Below, piece after piece: positions 63,765 to 64,000 of a stretch of 64,000 bases of DNA (the first letter of the stretch is position 1; the number at the start of each line of letters is the position of its first letter). Origin of the DNA: Styela clava. Lineage: Eukaryota. Below the pieces are notes generated by a model. It worked only from the letters and a program-made list of their open reading frames with translations, did not search any database and was not told the DNA's origin. Both the position numbers and the translations under genes were made by a program. Location of the stretch: the NCBI RefSeq assembly GCF_964204865.1, contig NC_135252.1, positions 13,702,001 to 13,766,000 on the forward strand, read 5' to 3'.

Positions 63765-64000
63765 GTAACGAATGTTATTTTGAAGTGCTTAGATTGTCCC
63801 GTGTAGCAATCCCGGTCACGTGTATCATTTCGTCATTGAATTAAAACAGATATGATAAGAGTCATCAGTAATCATAGCCATAAAGTATGCTTTATACAAG
63901 TCATAATCATGCAAACGTTACGGCAAATCAAAAACCGAGTCCAGAAATCTAACCTGAACATGTAGTTTTGTATTTTTTCCATGGTTCATATCCCATGTCC

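Overview
AT-rich eukaryotic genomic DNA with short GT-AG introns. The gene content (a neuronal alpha2/3/4/6-type nAChR, KLHL28, a colipase-like gene) suggests an invertebrate chordate, probably a tunicate; this is an inference. Hand-spliced genes, left to right: 3' part of a band-4.1-type FERM gene with a 3.8-kb acidic exon (+); a 10-exon nicotinic acetylcholine receptor alpha subunit (-); PGAM5 (+); KLHL28 (+); a highly divergent POU-homeobox gene (+); a 3-exon colipase-like gene missed by the ORF track, with a PTF1-type E-box/TC-box site about 700 bp upstream (+); two tandem intronless pirin paralogues (-); a 107-aa secreted acidic mucin-like protein with a likely GPI signal (+); and the 5' part of uridine phosphorylase (+). 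Introns and intergenic DNA hold many hAT- and pogo-type MITEs, a hairpin MITE family carrying TTAGGG and YY1-like motifs, a 57-bp minisatellite, and a four-level nested transposon stack containing a truncated RT/RNase H LINE. The most notable candidates are the colipase-like gene with its PTF1-like site and the degenerate POU factor. Exon boundaries were read by eye and family comparisons are from memory; no searches were run.
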